Assembly (NCBI GenBank): GCA_937625935.1
Contig: OW569363.1
Span: forward strand, 372,001 to 436,000
DNA length: 64,000 nt
Source: Tetramitus jugosus
Lineage: Eukaryota; Protista; Heterolobosea
Reading direction: 5' to 3'
A program made the translations under genes and the position numbers. Shown piece by piece: positions 19,113 through 30,794 of this stretch. Below the pieces are notes generated by a model. The model saw only the letters and a list, made by a program, of their open reading frames with translations, was not told the origin of the DNA and ran no database searches. How positions within the stretch are numbered: position 1 is the stretch's first letter; each line of letters starts with the position of its first letter.

Positions 19113-20594
19113 TTACGATTTTCGCTGGACTCTTCCCTTACCTTCTCGAATGCTCTTACTCTTCGAAATGTAAAACTGTTTCAGCTCTTTCTTCCATTTA
19201 CGGTTATTACACTGACGCACATCGTCCACATGAGCAACAACATGGTTAAGGTACTTGGCTAGTCTCTTCAACTCTGTGTCTGTTTGCCTAGATTTGGCAC
19301 AGTCTTTGAATTGCTTAATCTTGATGCCATTGTGTGGATTCATAGCGAAATTGCGAGACAGATCATCGACATGAATCGTGTTCCGCGAGTGGTAAAATTG
19401 AGGAAACTTTGCATAAATGAACTGTAGTGGTTTCACATAGTGCTCTTTTCCTTGCTTTGTCTCGTTGTGTGTCCATTTGACCTTGAACATGCTGTCTTTA
19501 TCCAGAACAAAGTTAATTTTGTAGTCTGTGTGCGTCAATATACCCATATCTGTTAATTTACTCTCCACCCAGAGCCATTTAGTCTGACTCCAGAACACGA
19601 TGTCATAGTGTTGATAAATCTTTGTGAGAAATTCGTGAACAAACGGCCTCATATGCATCTCAATCGGGTGCTCTGACTCCCTCACGTGTTTGCAATCAAA
19701 TATAGTGTAGTCAATGTCTAGAACACACAATTTCTTTCCTTGTCTTGGTGCGTTGATTAAATGAACATGCACATGGTCTATAATGCGCGAAAGCTTTGTT
19801 AAATGGATAGGATCGCTGGCCAAGCTCTGAACACGATCAGCTGGAAAGTAATCGTGCTCTAAATCATCAATCACAAGTGGTAGTTCCTCCATTTGACTTG
19901 GGTCCTTGAAAATTTGATTGTCAGGTGTTCCAACGAGCATAAATCTCAACACAGATTTTCTAGGGTTTCCATTGTTAATGTCGGCGTCAGTATCCTCCTC
20001 TAACTCTCCTCGCTTTCTCTTGTTGGTCACACTACTACTACTACTATTTGCCTTCTGAACATCAAAAATACCACTTGATCTCAATGTAGCTCCACTTCTC
20101 TCCACAACTTGATTAACCACCACTACACTATCACTACTAGAAGTAACAGTAGCAGTCGTCGCGACTATATTTACAGCAGATGAGGAAGAGGCAGTAGAAG
20201 CAGTAGAAACACAAGAAGAAGAGCTAGCCTTCTGATTGACACTTCCGGAAGAGAACCACTTTCGCATCTTGAGGGACTTGGTAATCAGCTTTTGTCGATC
20301 CATGTGCACACGAGTCAACTGCCATAGCTTACACTTGAGGTCATAGACTGTGTGATCCAATGGGAACTCGAAGGAATATTCTTGACCATTGTGTTTGGCA
20401 ATCATGGTTGTGCTATCTAGTGTGATTGGTGGTAAGGTATTCACCACCAGATCACTACTGTCTTTTTCAACCACTGTTGTTTCCATCTGATGGTCAACAT
20501 TGTTACGACTGCTACTACTTGATATTGGTTGTTCTTCGTGATGGGTAATATGGTCGCCGTCGCATGCCGGGTCTGTCGTGAGTTCCTCTTTCAT
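19113..20594 (-). CDS. UBLCP1: Ubiquitin-like domain-containing CTD phosphatase 1
   Basis: UBL domain (TVYDLKCKLWQLTRVHMDRQKLI...FMLVGT) with a Ser-rich insertion; HAD motif VLDIDYTIFD, WSQT, KPL, DDLSRNFAMNP. Confidence 0.93.
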   Translation of the reverse strand: MKEELTTDPACDGDHITHHEEQPISSSSSRNNVDHQMETTVVEKDSSDLVVNTLPPITLDSTTMIAKHNGQEYSFEFPLDHTVYDLKCKLWQLTRVHMDRQKLITKSLKMRKWFSSGSVNQKASSSSCVSTASTASSSSAVNIVATTATVTSSSDSVVVVNQVVERSGATLRSSGIFDVQKANSSSSSVTNKRKRGELEEDTDADINNGNPRKSVLRFMLVGTPDNQIFKDPSQMEELPLVIDDLEHDYFPADRVQSLASDPIHLTKLSRIIDHVHVHLINAPRQGKKLCVLDIDYTIFDCKHVRESEHPIEMHMRPFVHEFLTKIYQHYDIVFWSQTKWLWVESKLTDMGILTHTDYKINFVLDKDSMFKVKWTHNETKQGKEHYVKPLQFIYAKFPQFYHSRNTIHVDDLSRNFAMNPHNGIKIKQFKDCAKSRQTDTELKRLAKYLNHVVAHVDDVRQCNNRKWKKELKQFYISKSKSIREGKGRVQRKS

Positions 20595-20957
20595 GATCTG
20601 ATGGTTATTGTTCTGTTTCGTTTTTCTGTTTTTTGAAGGAATTATTTCTTTATTTTTGGACGAGGGCGGAGATTAGAGGTGTTGATTGTATTGAGACAAA
20701 GCCATCACATCTTCCCCGAGGCCAAACAAGAATCACTTGAATTTGAAAAAATTTAACTTTGTCTGGCATTGCCTTTTGTTGCTTGGAGGACAACTCTGGA
20801 ATTTGAGGGCTTTGATTATGTATTGGGCAGAAGGAGTGGCGAACAGACAAACACACTTACATGTTCTGTTCTTCCATCATGCATTTGCACATCAACACGA
20901 CCGCAAGAGCACATTCCATTATTTGGTGAGAGGGAGATTAATCGTTTCCCTTTAATT

Positions 20958-22332
20958 CTATTCAGCATAAATAGGGTTCAAATCAGCCCATGGAATCCTG
21001 CTCTTGCTCACAAATGGTTCAGTGTTTGGCTTCTCCAAATCAAACTCAATCTTGATCAACTCACCAAATCCATTCACTACTTTTACAACATTGTTCGATG
21101 ATCCAAAACAACAAATGGCAGGTCCACGAATACCCTTGCACTCTGCAATACTCCACTCTGAATTGACCCACTCTGAACTGTACACATAATTGACGAATGA
21201 GAGAGCAGATGTTCGGTTTGGTGCTCTAGGTTCACCTCCCACGGCAAACAAGTGAACTGTTCCGTGATCAGAGCACGCGCACAGATAATTGGAATCATCA
21301 CTGAACGCAATCGAAAAGATTTCGGCCGTAGTGGATCCCCGTCTCACTTCCTTCAACTTTTGTCCCGTTGCCGTATCAAAAATCCTAATCAACGTTCCAG
21401 TTTCACTCGCAGTGGCCAACCTTGTTCCATCTCTGCTCAGTGCAATCTGTGAAATTCCACTCTTGTGTGCTTCAATGTCAGTCACTGTTTCTCCACTACC
21501 ACTTCCACCAGTGCCAGTAGTGGTACTGCTGCTACTGCTGCTCTCACCACTCTTACTATTGTCAGTCTTGTTGTTGGATGCTTGTTGTTGTTGTTGTTGA
21601 ATTCTGACCAATCGCACAGTACCGAGCTTTGGTGATGGGAATGCGAGTACAGTGTGTTCCGTGTCTGCGTTCAACGCAAAAATGCCCTTTGGATTCGGTG
21701 CTGTCTCAAACGAATCAATCTCCTTCAGATCATAGTTGTAAACAGTGATGAGACCGTCCATGACAGCAGTGACACTGTTACGGTGCAATCGAACTGCCCT
21801 CACCTTTCTTGGACAATCCAGTTGAGCAATGCATTGCTTTTTCTGATCTTCAAAGATCATGATTTTATTGGGCGGGAATTCTGGTTGACTTCCACCGCCA
21901 ACCAGAGCAAAAATATTGGAAGTGAATAGGACATCGACAATACCAATGCCTCCATGCTTGAACACTGTTTCATACAACAATAACAATTGTCAGTTTCACT
22001 GCTGCTCATGATGATGATGATGATAAACATCAAAAAAAAAATTATGTTGTTGTTGACTTACGATGAAAGGTTTTTTGGGTGTAGTTATTGGTGGAAAAGA
22101 CATGGAATCCTCTCTGAGTTCCCACACACAATAAGCTATTGATTTGATTGAATCCAATGTATAGCATTTGAATGCCCTGGGGTATATATTTTACTAGTTG
22201 TTCTTTTTGTAGCTCATCTGCGGCTAACTCCTGACTCAATGTCATATTTGTTGTTGTGTCTGTGCTGTTGTTATTATTGTTGAGCTCTTGATTTTCTTGA
22301 TCCTTGTTGTGATATTGAAACAGATTATACAT
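20958..22332 (-). CDS. ATG18: ATG18/WIPI PROPPIN (2 exons: 22332-22062, 21964-20958; about 425 aa)
   Basis: FNQ, ALVGGG, LATASETGTLIRIF, EVRRG phosphoinositide motif, SDHGTVHLF; intron 21965-22061 GTAAGT..CAG keeps frame. Confidence 0.92.
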
Positions 22333-22850
22333 GTTGATGATTATAATGATGGGAGTTGTTGTTGAGAAGGAGAAGGATGATACGACTAGTAGAGTAGTAG
22401 TAGAAGAAAGCTATTTCTTTGGCGTTGGTGGTGTGCTTTTTTGAAATGTTGTTGTTGCGCGTTTTTTTTGAGGTGGTTTTCTGTTGTTGTGTTTCTTGGC
22501 AGTTCGTTCTTTTGGGACGTAGCTTGAGCTTTTTTTAGGTTGGAATCTAATTTTTATGCTTCTACTTGGGCAAGAGTCGTGCTCTGGATTGAGGTGTTGG
22601 ATTATTTTTCTGCAGAGGATGACAACTGGGAAAAGGGTCCTTGTGTGGTGAGATGTGTAAGTTACATAGTCACTATAGTAACTTAAGTCAGGTAGATTCC
22701 ACACTTTCGTTCTCGCAAGCAGCACACGGAACTATCGGTGTTTTTTTCGGTTGTTTTGCCGCGTTTTCCCGTCGATAAAAGTTTATTCACACAAGAGAAA
22801 GAAGATCTAACAACAACTCGAAGAAGCAAACAACAACCCACACGCGCAAA

Positions 22851-23202
22851 ATGTTCAGAAATCCAGCACAAAACAGAGTCATGCAAAAGACTACCGATGA
22901 GGAGCGTATTCAAGCCCTCAGAACCCAAAGACAAACGTAAGCTTTTTTCGAAATGAAAATTGTTTTTTTTTGATGGTCACAAATAGCTAACACGCAACTT
23001 GTTTGTGCTATGTGGAATTTGTTACAGTTTGAATGTTCAAAAGAGCTCCCTAGATAAAACCAAAACATGCTTTGAATTGTGTGTTCTTCAACCAGAATCT
23101 GCAAGATTTGAACCAAAGGATAAGAAATGCTTCACAAATTGTATCTCAAGCTTGTTTGACTCTATGCAATTAGTTGTTTCTGTCATATCTCAAGAAAAGT
23201 AA
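22851..23202 (+). CDS. Small Tim chaperone (Tim8/9/10/13 family, twin CX3C); exons 22851-22936 and 23028-23202; 86 aa
   Basis: Spliced product ends KTCFELCVLQPESARFEPKDKKCFTNCISSLFDSMQLV; intron 22937-23027 GTAAGC..GCTAAC..CAG. Confidence 0.85.
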
Positions 23203-23239
23203 TTTTTTTCAAATTCTCAAGTCTCTTCTTGTTTTGTTG

Positions 23240-24163
23240 TTAGAATGGCTGAGAGCCTGGTATTTTATGTGTTTGTTGTTTCACGTTGTCAAATATTTGT
23301 GCATTGTTGGCGTACTGTTGGCTTTCTTCTTCGTCTTGTATCTGTTCCCTGACTGTACAGATTCGTTTCTTGTTGTAATGGGCGAAAAAGGAGATGATTT
23401 CACTCTCCTTCTTAAATTGGTCGAGTTGCTTCTCGCAACGAGCAATCCTCTCGCTGCTGAAACGAGGATTGTTTGCTCGTAGATAGAGAGCCATGTGCAT
23501 TGCACATGATTGAGTAGCATCTCTGAACGGATACATTCTTCTGTGGCGAGAACATTCAACAATTGCCTTTGTCATGAGTTCCATACTCTTGTGATCTAAA
23601 CCTAACTCGGTACATAATTGATCATTGTTATCACTACTCATTAGTTGGGCTATGGTCTGATAAGGATAACTATTCGTCTTGGCCCTAGTTAGAGTCAGCT
23701 CTCTTTCCTGTTCAATCACCATACTGCACATTAACTGTAACAATGTTGTTCCATAGGACGAAAGTGAGTCAGAGTGAAGATTTACAATCAACCATTGAGA
23801 CAATTTCGAGTTATTCTTGCAGTATTCTTTGATTTTCAACTCCATGCTTCGAAGCCACAAAGCTTGGTCACTAGCAGGACTCAAGAACAACACTAGAGCA
23901 CATGGTGTCTCAAGATTTTGCAATTCTTGCTCATATCGATTCAACATTAGTTCTCCAAAGGTGTCTTCTTCGCTCTCATCCAATGGAACAGCCATTATTG
24001 GAACTTCGACCCCCTCGTGTAACGATTGTTGAGAGGAAATGGCGAATTCAAAGGTGGTGCTTCCTATTGAGTAGCTACGACCCCTCAAATCGAGTAGTTG
24101 TTGCACTAATGAGGTTCCTGTCGAATCATGAGATAAGATCTTTATTTTCACAAATCTGTTCAT
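23240..24163 (-). CDS. Protein with an adenylate kinase 9-like C-terminal domain
   Basis: LMTKAIVECSRHRRMYPFRDATQSCAMHMALYLRANNPRFSSERIARCEKQLDQFKKESEIISFF aligns with the AK9 C-terminus (KA...K.PF....SA....L.LKA.NP..S.......M.QF...CE.I.YL). Confidence 0.6.
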   Translation of the reverse strand: MNRFVKIKILSHDSTGTSLVQQLLDLRGRSYSIGSTTFEFAISSQQSLHEGVEVPIMAVPLDESEEDTFGELMLNRYEQELQNLETPCALVLFLSPASDQALWLRSMELKIKEYCKNNSKLSQWLIVNLHSDSLSSYGTTLLQLMCSMVIEQERELTLTRAKTNSYPYQTIAQLMSSDNNDQLCTELGLDHKSMELMTKAIVECSRHRRMYPFRDATQSCAMHMALYLRANNPRFSSERIARCEKQLDQFKKESEIISFFAHYNKKRICTVREQIQDEEESQQYANNAQIFDNVKQQTHKIPGSQPF

Positions 24164-24444
24164 TCGCAGCTTACAGATAGATGTCTGGTTGTGGAGTGTC
24201 GTAAAAGCAGTTTGGCGCCAAACTCGCACCACAAACAAGGAAAATTGAGAAAAAAGAAAAGATCCAGAACTCATTCTGTGACATCTCATTTTGTAAGAAA
24301 TTTTCTAAAGTTAGAATACAAGACGCCAGAAATACAACACGTTTTCATCACATAAACCATCCATGACCATCTAGAAAAACTTGAAAAACAGTCAATAGGG
24401 CTCATATACACATTTCAGCAACCTTTATAAACCGTCAATTCATC

Positions 24445-24837
24445 ATGGTCGAAAAAGATCCACAAATCACTGTCAACGAACAAGATTTCAAGAATGCACA
24501 CCCAGCAGACAAGTACGATGAAGAAGATGATGAAGTGTATGATGATGGGCGATTGAGAGAAGCCGTTGTCGTGCTCAACTGGGACACAGATGCTCTTAGT
24601 CAAAAGAAAAAGTCAAAGGACAACATTGTGGAATACATTGAAACACATGGGGGTGTGTCGGTGAAACAATCAGACAATGTCTTCGTCTTTGGATCAGAAG
24701 AAGACATATTTGATTGCTTCAGAGATATGAAACAAAAGTATCCATGGATTTCAGACTCGAAATCAAAAATCATGGATCCTCTCATTGTGAGTGCACCAAA
24801 AGCTGGTCACTTTGAGTATGCAGATCAATTGCTATAA
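24445..24837 (+). CDS. VapD/Cas2-like small protein with acidic N-terminal extension
   Basis: AVVVLNWDTDAL...IVEYIETHG...QSDNVF...MKQKYPWISDS follows the VapD pattern AIAFDLDT..L...I...L..HGF..QGSVY...L..K.PW...S. Confidence 0.5.
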   Translation: MVEKDPQITVNEQDFKNAHPADKYDEEDDEVYDDGRLREAVVVLNWDTDALSQKKKSKDNIVEYIETHGGVSVKQSDNVFVFGSEEDIFDCFRDMKQKYPWISDSKSKIMDPLIVSAPKAGHFEYADQLL

Positions 24838-24904
24838 TTGTCGATGAAGAATTGAATAAATACTTCAGTTGCATAAATATTGTGTTTACGTACAATCCAA
24901 AGAA

Positions 24905-26851
24905 TTAAGAGGACTCTTGTTCGGCGGAAATTGGTTCGTTGCTGCTCGTTGTGGTTTCGCTCGATGATTCAACAGCATCGTTGGTGGCATCTGCTGCATT
25001 TTCAGTTGGTGTCTCACTTGTTGTTGAATTTTCAGAAAAGGACTCTTCTTGTAGAATTTCTTGCTGTTGAATGGATTGTTGATCAATACCGAGCATTCTG
25101 GCGTCTTCATCAATGATTTGGTTCGTCAAGTTCTCTTCTGGATCTGGCAACTTTTCAATGAAGTCAAGGTCTTCGCCACACAATTTGTAAAAGATGGCCT
25201 TTGCTTCTGACACTGTATCTTCCATATCCAAATAAATATCAGCATCTTTGCAAACGAATACATTCGAGTATTGAGAGAGCTCATTCTGGGATGGGTCTCT
25301 AACGTACTGAGTATAATGAACATCGTAGATAATCTTGGCAACAGGTGAGGGTACTTGAGCTTTCTCCTCTGCGAGTTCATCTTGATCCTCCTCCTTTTGT
25401 TCGTTTTGTTCGTTTGTGTATTGATTATTCAATTTCTCCCTCTTTTCATACAGGAATCTCTGCACAGCAGCATTCATGACTTCTTGGGCAGCTTGGTGTT
25501 CTCCGATTTTGCTTCTCATTTGGAATGAAATGACAAAGCAGTCTTTTGGTGCGGTGGCACTTCTCTGAGACAATTGTACAATGGTGATAGCAGTGGTCTG
25601 CTTTTCTGATATCGTTCCTGGTGGTAAAATGGCAATATGGGCACCATCATCATCTGCTACAATCCTGAACGTAGTTAGCACCACGCGTCTGCTGATCATC
25701 TCACAATTCTCAGTATCCAATGAAGAATCACTGAGTCGATAGTCATTGTTCAAGATAAGAGTGCCACATGTGAGTGCTTGTTTCTCAGTACATACGACTC
25801 CAGTGACTTCCTGTGCGCTACTGTCATTGTTCACAGACAAAGATTGTACACCTCTTCTCAATACGTAGGTACCAGAATAGACTGCTCCAACTCGACAGAA
25901 CGCCTGACTCAACTCACTGATACCATACATGGGATAAAGGAAAGCAGAATTTCCATACTTGCCCAGAGAGTTCATGTAACGCTCAATGCGCTTCATACCC
26001 TCGGCGGCGCTCACACATTCATCTTTAGAGTCCAGCATGGCAATCGCATAAACGATAAAGTTTTCCAAAACAGTGGAAAGCTTGTGACTCTTTCTCAAAA
26101 ATTGAATAAATGATTGTTCGCTTGAGATTTGCTTTCTGCTCTCACTGTTTTCATCACTTTGTTGATATTCGAGACAAAACTTTAAGAATTTGCCCAAGTA
26201 CAGCTTATCCATTCTAGAAATGAACGAATTGCTCATAATTTCACCCTTTGTACAGGGAACTCTCTGGAAGGAGCCTTGATCAGCTATGAACAACTGAACA
26301 GAGTCAATAAGCTTGAATTCCATGTATCTGCCAACAGACGACTTGACCAGAAGTGGAACGAGATTGACATTGGAGTAAATGAGCTTGTTCACGAGATCAA
26401 TGTTAAATCTTCTTGCTTCTCTGGATGTGAGATATTCCTCTAGTGTTGGTTCAGGGCCATATTGGTAGGAGCAATTCACTGCACGGTATGCATCTTGATA
26501 GCTCAGAGCCTTGTTTTCTGTTGCTTCATCAACTGTGTTTTCACCAGTGATACTCACAGAGGTTTGCTGATGATCGAGCTTGCTTTGAAACATTGAGTTT
26601 AGCTCACTGAGAGACAAAGTGCGATATTGGCCACCATAGTAATCATTAGGGTCCAGTTGTAACACAGTTTTTCCCGCCCTTGTTAGCGCGCTAATTATTG
26701 TATGCAATGATTGTTGTATGAGTCAAATTGTCCGATACTGTTTTGGCGCCAAAATTTCAAAGCATCAAAAAACTTACCCTCCTAGCATACTCTCGACCAT
26801 GCCTGTTCCGACAATGATGATATCATAATTTGTCTCTTCCAATTGTGCCAT
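24905..26851 (-). CDS. REP: Rab escort protein / Rab GGTase component A (exons 26851-26778, 26690-24905; about 619 aa)
   Basis: YDIIIVGTGMVESML, LDPNDYYGG, RRFNIDL, VGRYMEFK, VPCTKGEI, FLYPMYGISELSQAFCRVGAV; intron 26691-26777. Confidence 0.92.
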
Positions 26852-26943
26852 TTGTTTACTTTGCAATCAATGGTTCGTTGTTCTTGTTTTTTGTTCAGTT
26901 GCGGTGTTTGTTTTGGATTCAGCTGAATTTTTCCGATGTTCCT

Positions 26944-28296
26944 ATGGCGCCAAAAACCAAAACCATGCAACCAACAACAACAAGCAACAACAATCACAAA
27001 AATCAACAAACCAAAGAGGAGAATGATAGGATAGTGATACGAACAAACGATGAAGCCACTTTGTGCAAGAACAGTCTTGTTCAGAAAAAGTATATCGTGG
27101 ATCCATTTGTTGCCTTTTTTTATCATCAGAATCCTTCTCATCAAGGGAGTTCTCTCAACAGCAACATGCCCAGAATCTCTCCTCTCATCAATCGGGGTTA
27201 TTTTGCTCGCATTTACTCCATCAATCGATTAATCTCCGACTTTCTAAAAACAGTTGGCGCGCTTTCTTCTGTACAGTCACAATTCTCCGACAGCCACAAG
27301 AGCTATCAGTGTCAAATTGTTTCGATTGGTGCTGGATTCGATACGAGAGTTTTTCAATTGAAGGCTGAAAACACTGCAACCACTACTAATAGTAGTAGTA
27401 ACAGTGTTAGCTCTCTGTTTTACAATGATACTAGTAGCAGTTCTTCCTCCAATATGGGAATGCCATCTGTTCGGTACATTGAGGTAGATTTTGAGAGTGT
27501 AGCAAGACAAAAAGCCAACATTATTTATCACTCTCAAGAACTACGATCTCTGTTGTCCCTTGATGAGAGTCATCTTGATGGTAGTAGTAGTAGCAGCAGT
27601 AGTAGTGGTAGTGGTGGTAGTGGTGGTGATGATCACAATACAAGTGAGCAAGAAGAACAATTGTTGATTCATAGTGATCAATATGTTTTGATTGGAGGTG
27701 ATCTGAGACAAGAAAAATCATTGGACATGTTGAAACAAGCGATTGATCCCAATGTTCCAACTCTATTCTTCTCAGAGATGGCACTGATTTATATGGATAC
27801 ATTCTATTCGGATCGATTGATTGAAACGTGCAAGAATTCAGTGAAGAAACATGTATTGAGCATGTTTATCATTTATGAGAGTATTCATCCGAATGATGCA
27901 TTTGGTAGAATGATGGTCATGAATCTGAAGAATAGAGGTTGCGATCTGAAGAGTATTGAAACGTATCCGGATTGTGAGAGTATGCGTCAGCGAATGAACC
28001 GATTCTTTTTAACAAATGACAGTGAAGAAGGGAAGGATAACAACGCGTCATCTTTTGCTGTTTCATATGACATGAACTCTATTTGTAACAATATCTTGCC
28101 TTTCGTTGACAAGAATTGGATGAAGGAGCGCATTCGAACCAATCGATTAGAAATGGTGGATGAAGTGGAGGAGTATGATTTGCTCATGCAACACTACGCA
28201 CTCACTGTCGCCGTGAATTCCTATGTAGAGTTGGAAAATGTAAAGGACACATGGTTGCATCGGTTGTACACTCAACAGAAGCAAACAAGGAGATAA
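26944..28296 (+). CDS. LCMT1: Leucine carboxyl methyltransferase 1 (PP2A methyltransferase)
   Basis: TNDEATLCK, SPLINRGYFAR, QIVSIGAGFDT, YIEVDF, DAFGRMMVMNLKNRG, DEVEEYDLLMQHY. Confidence 0.92.
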   Translation: MAPKTKTMQPTTTSNNNHKNQQTKEENDRIVIRTNDEATLCKNSLVQKKYIVDPFVAFFYHQNPSHQGSSLNSNMPRISPLINRGYFARIYSINRLISDFLKTVGALSSVQSQFSDSHKSYQCQIVSIGAGFDTRVFQLKAENTATTTNSSSNSVSSLFYNDTSSSSSSNMGMPSVRYIEVDFESVARQKANIIYHSQELRSLLSLDESHLDGSSSSSSSSGSGGSGGDDHNTSEQEEQLLIHSDQYVLIGGDLRQEKSLDMLKQAIDPNVPTLFFSEMALIYMDTFYSDRLIETCKNSVKKHVLSMFIIYESIHPNDAFGRMMVMNLKNRGCDLKSIETYPDCESMRQRMNRFFLTNDSEEGKDNNASSFAVSYDMNSICNNILPFVDKNWMKERIRTNRLEMVDEVEEYDLLMQHYALTVAVNSYVELENVKDTWLHRLYTQQKQTRR

Positions 28297-28326
28297 TGAG
28301 CTAATAAAACATGTGTAAAGATTAAT

Positions 28327-30695
28327 TTACTGCTTGCACACAAGCTTGTGTGTCTTCCAACCTGATACTTGACATGGTTTGGAGCAATAGAATGCCTTCT
28401 TACATCGACTGCATGCCATGAGCTTCACATCAGTCTTACCACAAGTTGCACAGCTTTTCTTTTTGGCACCGACGGTGAAGCCAACTATAGGCATATTCGC
28501 ATTCGTTTTCTCCAGATCTGTAGTGTCAATATCAACCACTAAGTGATCCACAACAGCGCCATTCTTAAGTTTGTCAATTGAATAAGCGATCAAATCGAAA
28601 GACCAGCTCTGACTTCCTCTACGAACATTCTCCATTTGGCTCGCATTCACCTTCAGTCCAGATGCTACCAACAGGTCAACACAGTTCTGGAAGCTTGCAT
28701 ACTTGGAGTGAGGTCTGGAGCCTGACTGACATCTCTGACATTTGAGATCTCCCTTGAGACATCCGTACACACTGGAAGAGAAGAGTGCATTGAACAAATT
28801 GAATAGCAAGCCTTGAGTAATCTTTTGGGTTGGAGCCTTGAGCAAGATTGTCTTCAGTGCTCTCCAATTGCCTTGATTGCAAGTCATCATAATTGGACTG
28901 AACTCTCCACTGAAAGGATCACCTCCTGCATCAATCAACAAAGCAATCGTCTTTGGATCGCGATCATAGTAGCATGACATTTGGAGTGGAGTGAGACTGA
29001 ATGAAGATTTTTGAGAGGCACCTGCATCTAACATGGCCTTCACTCTCTTTGGAACATCATCGCCCATACATGTTTCATGCAACAGTGTCATACCTTCCGT
29101 ATTGACCTTTGCATTCGTATAGAAATACTCAAAGCACTTGTAATACTTTTCCTCTGTAATGTTCATTGTTTGAATCTGTTCCTTCTCCTTTCTCAACCAC
29201 AACAACATGACCATTGTGTTATAGTGCTTCATTGCCCATTCAATGGCACCAGGTTGATTCAACCACAAATCTAAATTCGAAATGACATAGCACAACTGTT
29301 GATTCTTTGGACAATCACCTGGTAAAGCACCATTCACTGGAGAAATCTCCACTGGCGCCAACTTCTTCACTCCAGTTAAATAATCGTACACGAGTGGTGC
29401 CTTGATGATTGCACTCAATATGCAACCCTTCATTGGACTGTTCTCAAAAAAGCTTTCTGCCCATTGGTCCTGTCCTCCATCCAGCACATAATCACACAAT
29501 GCCTTGTTCCAATACATGGAAATACCGCTCATTCGACCCAAATATTGCTCATGTTGCTTGATAAACTTGACTGCTTCTCTCCATTTGCCCAATCTCATGT
29601 ACAGTTCTGGTATGAGCACCTTGTAGTGCACGTAGGATGAGAATGAAGTGTACTCACGGTCCCACTTTAACAACTTTTCATACACTTGCAACGCTTCTTC
29701 ATTTCTTCTCATCTTTCTGAGCGTGTTTGCCTCACCAATCATGGCTCTCATGTAGCTTCTTAGTTCTGGTTGACCCCACATGTTACCCTCATTTTGAGCT
29801 CGTTCTCTCACTGGTTGACTCACCAATTTGTGAACACTTTGTTGAGCTCTCTGATAATGAGCCAGAGCTTCTTCAAATGTGGATGCATGAATGGCCAAAA
29901 TGTTGTACGCCTCTACACAATCACCATTGGTAACACTGAGTGCATGATTCGCAACCTCAATGGCTCCCTTTGGATCCGAATACAAGGAAGCATATGCCAT
30001 GAGCACTTTTTTGGTTTCTTCGGCAATCTTCTCCGACAGGAAATCAGAGGATGAACCAAACGTTTGGAGTGTGGCTATTTCACTCTGTGGACCACACATT
30101 TCAAAGCTCGCTTCCTTGCTTAGCTCAGTTAGGAATTGAACATCTTCGTTCGAATAAGAAGTGTACATGTTCTTGTCATTTTGACTCTGAGCTTTCGCTC
30201 TTTGCTGTAGCTCTGGACTGAGATCACGAAAAAACAATAGACACACAGACACAGAGAGCATAAAAGCTTAGCTTTTGAACAGCAACAACAACAAACAACA
30301 ACACAACAAACAACACGATCATATATAAAAATATGATCAAACAAACACAACACATTTTTAAAAAAATAAATAAAAGAGTTCAGTATGTACCATTTGCTGC
30401 CTTCTTGCCATCGAGTCGTTGTCTTCTGAATGAGATCTGAATCAACACCATCGACATACTGATTGCATCGTTCAAATGCGAGTGGCATGTATGGATTAAT
30501 GATGGTTGTCTGTGTTCCCATTTTTCTCATCATCTTGATCATTTGGGTCTCAGAGTCCTCTTCTTCTCTGTGATGATGATGATGGTGATGATGATTGTGA
30601 GCACCATGACCATGACTGTGACCATGATGATGATGACCATGATCGTGATCGCAGCAACCTCCACCGTGGTGGTGATGATGATGGTGATGACTCAT
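28327..30695 (-). CDS. His-rich / ST7-like TPR / ankyrin / MYND zinc-finger protein (exons 30695-30391, 30217-28327; about 731 aa)
   Basis: N-terminal poly-His with CC; DCVEAYNILA and WGQPELRSYMRAM; ankyrin TLLHETC and TPLQMSC; C-terminal CATCG..CSRC..YCSKPCQVSGWKTHKLVC; intron 30218-30390 keeps frame. Confidence 0.85.
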
Positions 30696-30794
30696 TTTCT
30701 TTATTGCTTTAATTCTTGTTTGACGAAAAGCTTCCTTCTTTTTTTGAATTCGCACGGAGAAAATACATTGCCAAGAACAAAAAAAGCAAGAAAC

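Noticed and set aside
26830-26943. Upstream extension of the LCMT1 ORF (likewise 30543-30794, 53044-53154, 62254-62343)
   Set aside because: Most begin at a non-ATG codon or overlap the divergent gene or leader; homology or paralog alignment begins at the downstream ATG.
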